The notes beneath the pieces are model-generated. The model did no database searches. It was not told where the DNA came from and saw nothing but the letters and a program-made list of their open reading frames with translations. 64,000 nt of DNA from positions 1 through 64,000 of the forward strand of contig CAVUZH010000002.1 of the NCBI GenBank assembly GCA_963745835.1, given 5' to 3'. Made by a program: the position numbers and the translations under genes. This DNA comes from an uncultured delta proteobacterium. Its GTDB lineage: Bacteria; Desulfobacterota; Binatia; UBA9968. Each line of letters starts with the position of its first letter. Position 1 is the stretch's first letter. Of the stretch, positions 50,057 through 58,568 are shown one piece after another.

Positions 50057-50896
50057 TCACCGGGCATCCGGGTTTAGGCGCCAAGCGGCGATCTCGCTGC
50101 ATTGCGCAAAGCGGAATTCTTCGTGGCTTACCAGACGGTCGAGAAGACGCCCAAGCACCCGCAGAGTTGCCGGGCGTCCCGTGGCCCAGGTCTGGAGGCT
50201 CAGATTCATCAGGCGCGGCCCCTTTTCGCTTTCTTTGTAAAGCACATCGAGCTCGTTATTCCACACGCTCGCAAGACCGTCCGGACCGCCCCGTTGGGGA
50301 TAAGGATAGCCGACGTAAGTTTTATCCGCGGTGCTCGTCGTAAACGGAATCTCGACAATCTTCTTCGCTCGCGTTTGAAACAAATACGGCAGATCGTCGT
50401 TCAAGAGACTGCTGTCCCACAGCAGCCCTTCCTCCGCGAGAATGTCGAGTGTCTTCGGGCTCACGCGATAGTCGGGACAACGCCAGCCGCGGATCTTCAC
50501 GCCGGCGATGTCCTCCAGGATTTTGGCAGAGCGGCGCACGTTGGCACGTTCCTGCTCTTCACTCGCGGTCCGGATCGAACCGAAGCTGTAGCCCATGCCG
50601 GCGATCTCATGACCGGCTTTGACCGCCGCCTGCACGGTGTCGGGGTATTTCTCCGCTGTCGTACCGAGCACGAAGAAAGTCGCTTTGACCCGATATTTTT
50701 CCAGCAACTCGAGGATATTCCAGATGCCGCGGCGGGCGCCGTACTGCATCGCTCCGCCGACCATGTAGTTGGGTCGCTCTCCGGCGAATAACGGCGCTCC
50801 TTCACCGGCCTGGTGCTCGAAAGTCAGCATCACGGGAAGTCGAATTCCCGCGGGCCAGCGGATAGCCTCCGTGTTCGATTTGATTTCTGCAGCCAT
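50057..50896 (-). CDS. Polysaccharide deacetylase (CE4) family, PuuE-like paralog lacking metal histidines
   Basis: WPAGIRL, QYGARRGIWNIL, GHEIAGMGYSF, GWRCP, DDLPY. Confidence 0.85.
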   Translation of the reverse strand: MAAEIKSNTEAIRWPAGIRLPVMLTFEHQAGEGAPLFAGERPNYMVGGAMQYGARRGIWNILELLEKYRVKATFFVLGTTAEKYPDTVQAAVKAGHEIAGMGYSFGSIRTASEEQERANVRRSAKILEDIAGVKIRGWRCPDYRVSPKTLDILAEEGLLWDSSLLNDDLPYLFQTRAKKIVEIPFTTSTADKTYVGYPYPQRGGPDGLASVWNNELDVLYKESEKGPRLMNLSLQTWATGRPATLRVLGRLLDRLVSHEEFRFAQCSEIAAWRLNPDAR

Positions 50897-51291
50897 CGTC
50901 CACCTTTCACATTCGGAATCAAAGCAGATGCGTTGTGTTTTTATTTCCGTTTCTTTTCTCCATACGTAACGCAAGACACCGCGTCAAGCGGCATAGCGGG
51001 TCTAATACGCATCTAATTCGTTGGTGTATTTTTTCCTACTTCTTCGATGCCGTATCGCAATTTAGGATTTCTGAACTGTTCCCCAACCATAGGTGTTTTC
51101 CCGGGCGTGGCGCAATTGTTTTTGATTCATGTTGACATGTCAGATTGTGATGAATAATCTCGGGCCTCCGAATCGCATCGGAGAACTCGTTTAACTAATG
51201 GACTCCGTCCTGCGTTATGGGTGGGTGGTTCGGCCGTGGCTGATGGCGCAGATTGCCACTGACTATAGGGCAGTTTAGAAAGGACATCGGA

Positions 51292-51921
51292 ATGAACAAA
51301 CTTAAAGAGGCTCACGTACCTTATAATACCGGCTGGGCCGGAGACTTGAAAAAAGGCCAGGTGATTCGGATTACCGCGACAACCACGGTGGACTTTGTGT
51401 GCATGAGACGGGAAAATCTCAAAGAGCGATTCGATCAGGCGCGCACCAAAGTCTATAACATGAAAATCTTTCTCACGACCGGCGACAAGCTGATGGGACG
51501 GAATAATCAGCACATGATGACCATCGTCGAAAACACCAACCGGGAGGGGACTCACGATTTGCAGAAAGGCATGTGCAGCGGCTACCGCTTTCAACTCGCA
51601 AAAAATGAGGGAAAGCTGCGGGACTATTACCATCGAGACTATAAAGACGAAGAGATTCCGGATCATGGCTGCTATGAAAATCTTTCGCGAGCTTTAGCAC
51701 CGTATGGGATCGATCCGGAAGACGTCCCCAACCCTTTTAACCTCAATCAGCATATGAAAATCGACGGCGCCACCGGCCGCATGGATCATACGACAGTGCG
51801 GCCCAAACCGGGCAGCTACGTAGATCTTAAAGCAGAGATGGATCTGCTCGTTGCCTTCAGCGCCTGTCCCGATATGCCGGTTGGCGGAAAGCCGGTCGAC
51901 CTTATGATTTACGAGCCGTGA
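51292..51921 (+). CDS. DUF1989 / urea carboxylase-associated family protein
   Basis: LKKGQVIRI, HDLQKGMC, HGCYENL, PFNL, YVDLKAEMDLLVAFSACP. Confidence 0.88.
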   Translation: MNKLKEAHVPYNTGWAGDLKKGQVIRITATTTVDFVCMRRENLKERFDQARTKVYNMKIFLTTGDKLMGRNNQHMMTIVENTNREGTHDLQKGMCSGYRFQLAKNEGKLRDYYHRDYKDEEIPDHGCYENLSRALAPYGIDPEDVPNPFNLNQHMKIDGATGRMDHTTVRPKPGSYVDLKAEMDLLVAFSACPDMPVGGKPVDLMIYEP

Positions 51922-52086
51922 AATAGTTTTGAGATTTTGTGGCTTGAATGCGCTCTGGAGAAGAGATCGTTCCAACCGGACATGACCAAAACCATTGCCT
52001 CTAGCAATCACGCGGCGGCCAACAATTCAGGGCGAACGTAGCTACTACCGGCTCGCCATAACATTTCTTTCACACACGAGATCAAG

Positions 52087-53109
52087 ATGAACACCGTGAA
52101 GCACCGCTACAGCGCGGAGATCCAGCGGAGCAGGGGACTGCTGGAGCTGGCCGCAGCTCTCTACGACACCTCACTTTCTTTTCAAACCGAGCGCGCCGCC
52201 GAACAGGCGATCCAGACAGAATCGCGCGTCGGCTATTCGCTCACGCTTGCGCTTACGGCGACCCGCGAAAAAGGGGTTTCTTTGTCGTTTGCGGCGGATG
52301 GATTTCGCGAGCTCCTGGCCGTAAGCCAAGGCAAGCTCTCGCTCGGCTGGATCAATCCTTCGGTTGCCGCAACCATGGCTTTCAGGGGCAAAGGGCTGTT
52401 CTCCAAGCGGCAGCCGATCAGGACCATCGCGGTTTTTCCTTCATACGACGTCATGGGATTTGCCGTGCACGAGTCTACCGGGATTACTTCGTTGGAGCAG
52501 ATCAGGAAGGAGCGCATCCCGCTTCGACTCTCGACCGGAACCATCTCCCCAGCGTGGGTCAAGTACAGCCCGACGATGTTCACGGTGAGCGCGGTCATGA
52601 AAGCCGCGGGATTTACCTTTGCGAACTTGAAACAATGGGGCGGCAAGATTCAATCGGTTACACGTCCCAGCCACCCGGACCGGCGCGAGGCTCTCGAGAA
52701 GGGAAGGATCAATGCGGTGTTCGATGAAGGAATAAAGAGCTGGGGTCAGACCGCCATCGATGCCGGATTTCGCTACCTGCCGGTGGAGGGATCCATTCTG
52801 AAAAAACTGACCGCGATAGGTTATCGCGCCTCGGTTTTGCCCAAATCCCGGTTTCCAGCGCTGCCCTCGGACGTGCCCACCGTGGATTTCAGCGGCTGGC
52901 CGATGGTGGTCAACGCAGCCATGCCGGACGATGTCGCCTACGCTCTCTGCGAAGCGATCGAGGCGCGTAAAGCGCTCATGCCGACGGACAACTTCAAGCC
53001 ACTGGATATGGCGCAGCTCTGCGCAAACGATCAGGAGGCGCCGTACGACGTGCCTCTCCATCGGGGCGCCAAGCGTTTCTATCTGGAAAAAGGCTATCTC
53101 AAATCGTAA
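52087..53109 (+). CDS. TAXI-family (TRAP) solute-binding-fold protein without signal peptide
   Basis: FAVHESTGITSL, G.INAVFDEG, MPDDVAYALC, VPLHRGAKRFYLEKG. Confidence 0.75.
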   Translation: MNTVKHRYSAEIQRSRGLLELAAALYDTSLSFQTERAAEQAIQTESRVGYSLTLALTATREKGVSLSFAADGFRELLAVSQGKLSLGWINPSVAATMAFRGKGLFSKRQPIRTIAVFPSYDVMGFAVHESTGITSLEQIRKERIPLRLSTGTISPAWVKYSPTMFTVSAVMKAAGFTFANLKQWGGKIQSVTRPSHPDRREALEKGRINAVFDEGIKSWGQTAIDAGFRYLPVEGSILKKLTAIGYRASVLPKSRFPALPSDVPTVDFSGWPMVVNAAMPDDVAYALCEAIEARKALMPTDNFKPLDMAQLCANDQEAPYDVPLHRGAKRFYLEKGYLKS

Positions 53110-53310
53110 ACGCACCTGCGGGTACCGGTACGGTTTGGATGGAGCTTTGCGAGAGGGCGCGAGAGCGATAGCGAGCACCCGACTCATCAGTGACGTCCTA
53201 GGCTTGCGACTGATTAGCCGGCACCCATTAGACGGCCGCGCTCAACAGGCGACTTCTCTCCAGGAATAACTTGTATTGTTTCTATTCGATGCGTCTCGGC
53301 CGAATTTTGT

Positions 53311-53639
53311 CGAGATCGAGGTCTCGCGTTGAGATGGCGTGCGAGAATGCTCACTCAGCCATTTTGGACGGGTTTTTCTGAAAGTGACTTTTCACCTCCT
53401 CTAGGTGCATGACATCGGCATACTCGTGATGCAAATCGAGCAGGTTGAGCTTGTGTGTTAGCAGACTTCGGTCCAAGGCAGCATTCTTAGACGACCATGA
53501 CGTGATAACCGTAGGGAGTAGGCTTCTACCAATGATCCTCAAAATGGCTCGTTCATCGCGCTCGTCCTCCCATTGTTACTGCAGAAGCTTCTCCAGACGC
53601 TTGATAATCTGCGGCGAAGTTCCCATCACCTCGCGCGCC
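53311..53639 (-). pseudogene. Internally deleted copy of 31201-32021 (isochorismatase plus 3' end of the Bug gene)
   Basis: Near-identical to 31201-31417 and 31915-32021; ~500-bp deletion junction CTTCTACC/AATGATCCTC at 53530. Confidence 0.9.
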
Positions 53640-53879
53640 GACCGCTAAATTTAACCGGTCACCTTTAGACGGGAGTGATCAAAGGCAAGAGCTTTCATGC
53701 AGCAATCGTTCTGTATTATTCCTGTCTATACATCTCGTTTCCATGATGAACTTCAGTAACGCATCCTTGAAAAGGACTTTGCTTTACTCGACGGTTGTGA
53801 CAATTGACATACAAGTAGAGTCCCAATATAGAGTTCCATCTGTCACAGCTTGGCAACTAGAACCTTCGCGGGAGGGAAA

Positions 53880-54917
53880 ATGGAAAAGACGTCTCAAACG
53901 GACCGAATCGCAACATTCGACAAAGATTTGGAGAGGACCGATTTACAAGGCTTCTGGAGATCAGGACGGTCCGGGGTCACTGGATATCCCGTGACCAGCG
54001 TTAAACCCCATCTCTGGAAGTGGGCGGATATGTATCCGCATATTCTGCGGGCGGGAGAAGTCATTGAGCTAAAGGGTTATGATCGACGTACGGTGAGACT
54101 AGTGAATCCTTCTCTGGAGGGGTGGGCGTACACAACCAAAACAATGCACGTATCAATGCAGCACATCGCACCTGGAGAAGTTGCTGCAGCGCATCGACAT
54201 ACGATGGCAGCTATTCGCTTTGTTATTGAAGGGAATGGTGCGTACACCACAGTAGAAGGACAACAATGTTTGATGGAGGAAGGTGATCTCATTCTCACTC
54301 CAAATCTAACCTGGCATGATCACACCAACAACTCACCTGCACCCATAATATTTTTGAATGGAGTGGACATGCCACTAGTTCAATACTTAGATCAATGGGT
54401 TCAGGACCTTTATCCAACGGAGTGCCAGGATATTCAGTTTAGCAGCGAAAGTGTGAACCGTGTCTCTGGGCAGATCCAAAATCCTAACTTGTCCGGTGCA
54501 GAGCTTATTCACTACAAATGGCGAGAGACTTACCCGGCTTTAATAGCTTTGAAAAACATGCCTGCGAGCTTAAATGTGTTCGACGGCATTGTGCTGGAAT
54601 ATAGAAACCCTGTTACAGGAAAATCTACGCTACCAACGATGCAATGCGCCGTTCAACTTTTGCCAGCCGGGTATGAGTCAAAGGTACACCGTCACACGAG
54701 TACGGCAATTTATTATGTTTTCAAAGGAAGTGGAAAAAGTCTTGTTGGGCAAGACTGGATTGAATGGGAGAAAGGCGATGTTTTTGTGGTACCTCTCTGG
54801 TTCGCCCACCAGCATATCAATGCCTCAGCCTCTGACGATGCAATACTATTCTCAATGACAGATGAGCCTCTAATTAAAGCTTTAGAACTCTATCGCGTGC
54901 AGGTAGCTGATCAGTAA
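53880..54917 (+). CDS. Bicupin ring-cleaving dioxygenase, gentisate 1,2-dioxygenase-like
   Basis: PHLWKW, RR...LVNP, AHRHTMAAIRF..EG.GAYT, TP..TWHDH, HRHTS, WEKGDVFVVP.W. Confidence 0.88.
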   Translation: MEKTSQTDRIATFDKDLERTDLQGFWRSGRSGVTGYPVTSVKPHLWKWADMYPHILRAGEVIELKGYDRRTVRLVNPSLEGWAYTTKTMHVSMQHIAPGEVAAAHRHTMAAIRFVIEGNGAYTTVEGQQCLMEEGDLILTPNLTWHDHTNNSPAPIIFLNGVDMPLVQYLDQWVQDLYPTECQDIQFSSESVNRVSGQIQNPNLSGAELIHYKWRETYPALIALKNMPASLNVFDGIVLEYRNPVTGKSTLPTMQCAVQLLPAGYESKVHRHTSTAIYYVFKGSGKSLVGQDWIEWEKGDVFVVPLWFAHQHINASASDDAILFSMTDEPLIKALELYRVQVADQ

Positions 54918-54937
54918 CTCATCCTGATATTGTAGGA

Positions 54938-55966
54938 TTGAATAAAAATATGATTGGAGCTTCATCAATCAATAAAGAGCGCTTCTGGTTTACATTACTG
55001 TTGTTTTGCTGGCTTGTTTTCGGCACTGATCAAGCAATTCCATCGCATGCCAGCAGTAGCGAAAACAAAGCTCACGTAGAAGAAGTCTTAATTGGCCAAG
55101 CCTCAAAGAGTATTAGTCAGCTCCCGTCATACATCGCGATGAACCAAGGTTTTTATCAGCGCGAAGGCTTGAAAGTTAAGACGATAAGCATAAGAAGCGG
55201 TGTCCTACCAGCAACATTCGCGAGCGGTGATTTGCACTATAGTGGTATTACGGCAGTAATCAGCCGATTTGCGGCAGTTGGCGGGCCGGTTAGAGTCGTC
55301 GCTGTAGGCGTAATGAGAGTTCCGATGTTCCTTGTAGCCCATCCTAGTGTCAAAACTCCCCGAGACCTGAAGGGAAAATCTATTGCAGTAGATACCATAG
55401 GCCAAGTCCCTGAATTGTCCGTACGCGCGTTTCTTAAAAAGCACGGCTTGGATCCGGACCGGGACGTTACGATTAGAGCAATAGGAGGGGCTGAAGAACG
55501 TCGTTTAGCTGCTGAACGAGGCGTGGTCGGAGCCAGTCTCGTTTCCATTCCCGTGAACTCCATAATGAAACAAGCAGGTCTCGTCGAGCTGGGATTTACC
55601 GGGGCAACTATTCCGGAGCAGCCAATAAGTGGTATCGGTGTTTCAGAAAGGGTTCTCGCGCAGAGCCCGGAACAAGTTAAGAAAATATTGAGAGGCTATA
55701 TTCACGGGTTGCAGTTTCTATGGAAGAATCGAGCAGAGACCATTGCGATCATACAAAAAGAATTTAACGTGAACGACTTCGTAGCTGGCGATGCTCTGGA
55801 TTCTTTCTATGTGCTTGCCACAAAAGATGGACTAGTGAAGGATAGCGCCTTCGATGAGGCTCTGGAGTTTGGGGTAAGAAGCGGTAAATCACCATCTGTG
55901 TCAAAGATACGCGACTTCAGTTTTTTAAGGGAAGTACTTAAAGAACTCCACATACCTCAACAGTAG
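54938..55966 (+). CDS. ABC-type substrate-binding protein, NMT1/SsuA-like
   Basis: GFYQREGL, DLKGKSIAV, GLDPDRDV; AT-richer codon usage. Confidence 0.85.
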   Translation: MNKNMIGASSINKERFWFTLLLFCWLVFGTDQAIPSHASSSENKAHVEEVLIGQASKSISQLPSYIAMNQGFYQREGLKVKTISIRSGVLPATFASGDLHYSGITAVISRFAAVGGPVRVVAVGVMRVPMFLVAHPSVKTPRDLKGKSIAVDTIGQVPELSVRAFLKKHGLDPDRDVTIRAIGGAEERRLAAERGVVGASLVSIPVNSIMKQAGLVELGFTGATIPEQPISGIGVSERVLAQSPEQVKKILRGYIHGLQFLWKNRAETIAIIQKEFNVNDFVAGDALDSFYVLATKDGLVKDSAFDEALEFGVRSGKSPSVSKIRDFSFLREVLKELHIPQQ

Positions 55967-56012
55967 AATAGTTAGGGCATGCGCTTATTCAAGACCGCAC
56001 AATGTATATAGC

Positions 56013-56034
56013 GTGTGGCATTGCACGACCTGAC
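56013..56034. repeat. Solitary degenerate RAYT TIR (right-end orientation)
   Basis: GTGTGGCA-TTG-CACGACCTGAC. Confidence 0.6.
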
Positions 56035-56132
56035 GGCTCTAAAGCGACCCTCCTTCTGAATAGCTTTTTCGGCGTAATTCAGGTTGCGATCCGGCAACGT
56101 CCTCCTCAGGACCATGAGTTAGGTGAACGACT

Positions 56133-56678
56133 ATGGATATTTCCAAAATTTCTACCGGGCGTAATCCGCCCGTTGACCTACACGCTATCATTGAGATTCC
56201 GGTCGGTGGCGTTCCGGTCAAATACGAACTCGACAAACGATCTGGGACGATGTTCGTAGACCGCTTTCTGCACACAGCAATGTTCTATCCGGGCAATTAC
56301 GGCTTTCTCCCGCACACCCTGTCCGAGGATGGTGATCCATGTGACATCCTGGTGGTGGGCAACGTCCCGGTAGTTCCGGGCGCGGTGATTCGCTGCCGCC
56401 CCGTCGGCGCATTGCTAATGCAGGACGAAGCAGGTCTCGATGAAAAAGTTTTGGCGGTTCCTGTGGATGATCTAAATCCGTTCTATTCCAATATCCGCAG
56501 CTACACCGATCTTCCATCAGTGCTTATCGAGCAGATCGCCCATTTCTTCGAGCATTACAAGGACCTTGAAAAGGGTAAGTGGGTTAAGCTTGTACGATGG
56601 ATCGATCCGTCAGAGGCGGAAGCGCTGATAAACGCCGCAATAAAGCGCGATGCAGCGAACCGCGAGGACCGAGATTGA
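56133..56678 (+). CDS. ppa: Inorganic pyrophosphatase (family I)
   Basis: IIEIP, VKYELDK, VDRFL.TAMFYPGNYG, DGDP.D, HFFEHYKDLEKGKWVK. Confidence 0.96.
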   Translation: MDISKISTGRNPPVDLHAIIEIPVGGVPVKYELDKRSGTMFVDRFLHTAMFYPGNYGFLPHTLSEDGDPCDILVVGNVPVVPGAVIRCRPVGALLMQDEAGLDEKVLAVPVDDLNPFYSNIRSYTDLPSVLIEQIAHFFEHYKDLEKGKWVKLVRWIDPSEAEALINAAIKRDAANREDRD

Positions 56679-56798
56679 GTGAACATTCCCCCGGGGTAAG
56701 TCGGAGAACCAACGATCAGTAGGAGAACATCCGCGCCAGCGTTCCGTCGCAATGCTATAGCGAGTGGGTGGCGGCGCCAAGCGAAATTGGAGTGATCG

Positions 56799-57779
56799 TT
56801 GGACTTACCTGGGGTTAAACGTTCTGCTGATTTCGTCGTACGATTTTTTGTCGTTTGGGTGTTTCTCGCGGCCGGAGCGGCGTTGATATGTCCGGCCGGG
56901 TTCACGTGGTTTCAGCCGCTGATTATACCCGGGCTTGGCGTGATCATGTTCGGCATGGGAACGGCTTTAACACTAGCCGACTTCAAACGGGTGGCGGACC
57001 AGCCATATCCAGTAGCCGTAGGCTTGGTCGCGCAATTTCTCATTATGCCGTTGATGGCCGCGGCTATCGCAAAACTTTTTGAGCTTCCACCGGCGATTGC
57101 GGCAGGATTGATCCTCGTGGGCTCCTGTCCGGGCGGCACGGCGTCTAATGTCATGACGTATCTCGCCAAAGGGGACGTCGCATTATCAGTAACCATGACT
57201 TTGTGTTCGACGATTGCTTCGGTAGTCGCAACACCATATCTGATGTTGTGGCTCGCTGGCACATATGTATCCGTTCATCCGCAGGAACTCTTGCTATCCA
57301 TTCTCACAGTTGTGATCTTTCCGGTGGCCGCCGGGCTAATCGTTCGACAATTTCTCGGAGACCGCGTGCGCCAACTCGATGCGCTGTTGCCAGTTGTCTC
57401 GGTGGCTCTCATCGTGATGGTTGTTGCCTGCATCGTCGCATTGTCCAGAGAGCAGCTGTTGGATACCGGCGCGCTGGTTTTTGTCACGGTAGCAGCGCAC
57501 AACAGCTCTGGTTTGGTGTTGGGCTATGCCATGGCGAAGCTCGCAGGCCTTGACGCAGTGCGTTGCCGGACGATTGCCATCGAAGTCGGCATGCAAAACT
57601 CGGGTTTGGGAGTAGCGCTGGCGCGCAAGCATTTCGCAGACGTGTTAGTTGCGTTGCCGGCGGCAATTTTCAGCGTAGTGCAGAACATCACCGGCCCCGC
57701 CGTAGCCAACTTATGGGCGCGCAACTCGCCTTCCTCGCCGGGGAGTGAGCCTGAGCGTCTTATCAGTAAAGGGTTTTAA
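56799..57779 (+). CDS. Bile acid:sodium symporter (BASS) family transporter
   Basis: LGVIMFGMG, QFLIMPL, CPGGTASNV, IEVGMQNSGLG; start uncertain. Confidence 0.9.
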   Translation: MDLPGVKRSADFVVRFFVVWVFLAAGAALICPAGFTWFQPLIIPGLGVIMFGMGTALTLADFKRVADQPYPVAVGLVAQFLIMPLMAAAIAKLFELPPAIAAGLILVGSCPGGTASNVMTYLAKGDVALSVTMTLCSTIASVVATPYLMLWLAGTYVSVHPQELLLSILTVVIFPVAAGLIVRQFLGDRVRQLDALLPVVSVALIVMVVACIVALSREQLLDTGALVFVTVAAHNSSGLVLGYAMAKLAGLDAVRCRTIAIEVGMQNSGLGVALARKHFADVLVALPAAIFSVVQNITGPAVANLWARNSPSSPGSEPERLISKGF

Positions 57780-57938
57780 GTCTCCGGCAATCTTTCCTGA
57801 TGTACATATGGATCCGAGGACGGGACGATTATTTAGCGCGGTTGACGAAGAACTACTCGTTGGCTAGTCTCATGGCAACAGTTGAATGACAGAGTAAACC
57901 GGTTTCCTCCGGCACAAATAAGTGGGATCCGTATCACG

Positions 57939-58301
57939 GTGAGTAAGATTCTGCTTGTCGAAGATCATCCCGAATTGCGGGAAGTGCTCCAGCGCCAAAT
58001 TGAGTGGCTGGGTTTCACCGCCATCACTGCCAACAACGGCAAGGACGGCGTTGATACAGCTATCTCGGAAAAACCAGATTTGATCGTGATGAATTCTTCA
58101 ATGCCAGAGATGGATGGTTGGGAAGCGACTAAATTATTGCGCTCAAATCCTCAGACTAAGGACATTCCCATCTTGGCCGCGACGGCAATGTTCCGGCCCT
58201 CCGATCTAAGAGCTTGGCTAGACGTCGGATGCAACGACTACATCGTCAAACCATTTACATTGGATGAACTCTCAAGGAAGATTAGGGCTCTTATTTCGTG
58301 A
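57939..58301 (+). CDS. Single-domain response regulator (receiver), phospho-Asp replaced by Asn
   Basis: KILLVED, PDLIVMNSSMPEMDG, IPILAATA, DYIVKPF. Confidence 0.85.
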   Translation: MSKILLVEDHPELREVLQRQIEWLGFTAITANNGKDGVDTAISEKPDLIVMNSSMPEMDGWEATKLLRSNPQTKDIPILAATAMFRPSDLRAWLDVGCNDYIVKPFTLDELSRKIRALIS

Positions 58302-58568
58302 GGTTTGATGGTCGCGTGTCGAACAGCACGGCATCTTAATTATTGATAATGATTTCGCCGATTAGTCACCGTTGAAGGCTACCGACGCTTGCTGCGCCGC
58401 GTTCGTACCAACCGCTTTCAGCCGCTTGGCTTCCGTATAAAAACGACTCCGCGTCTCATGGACCATCGAACGTCTTGCGTAAATAAGATGCGAGAAGCGG
58501 CGAATCTTAACTAGAAAATCAGAGCTTGACAGCCGTTCTTTTGCCGCAGTAGGGTCGTCCAGGTAACA

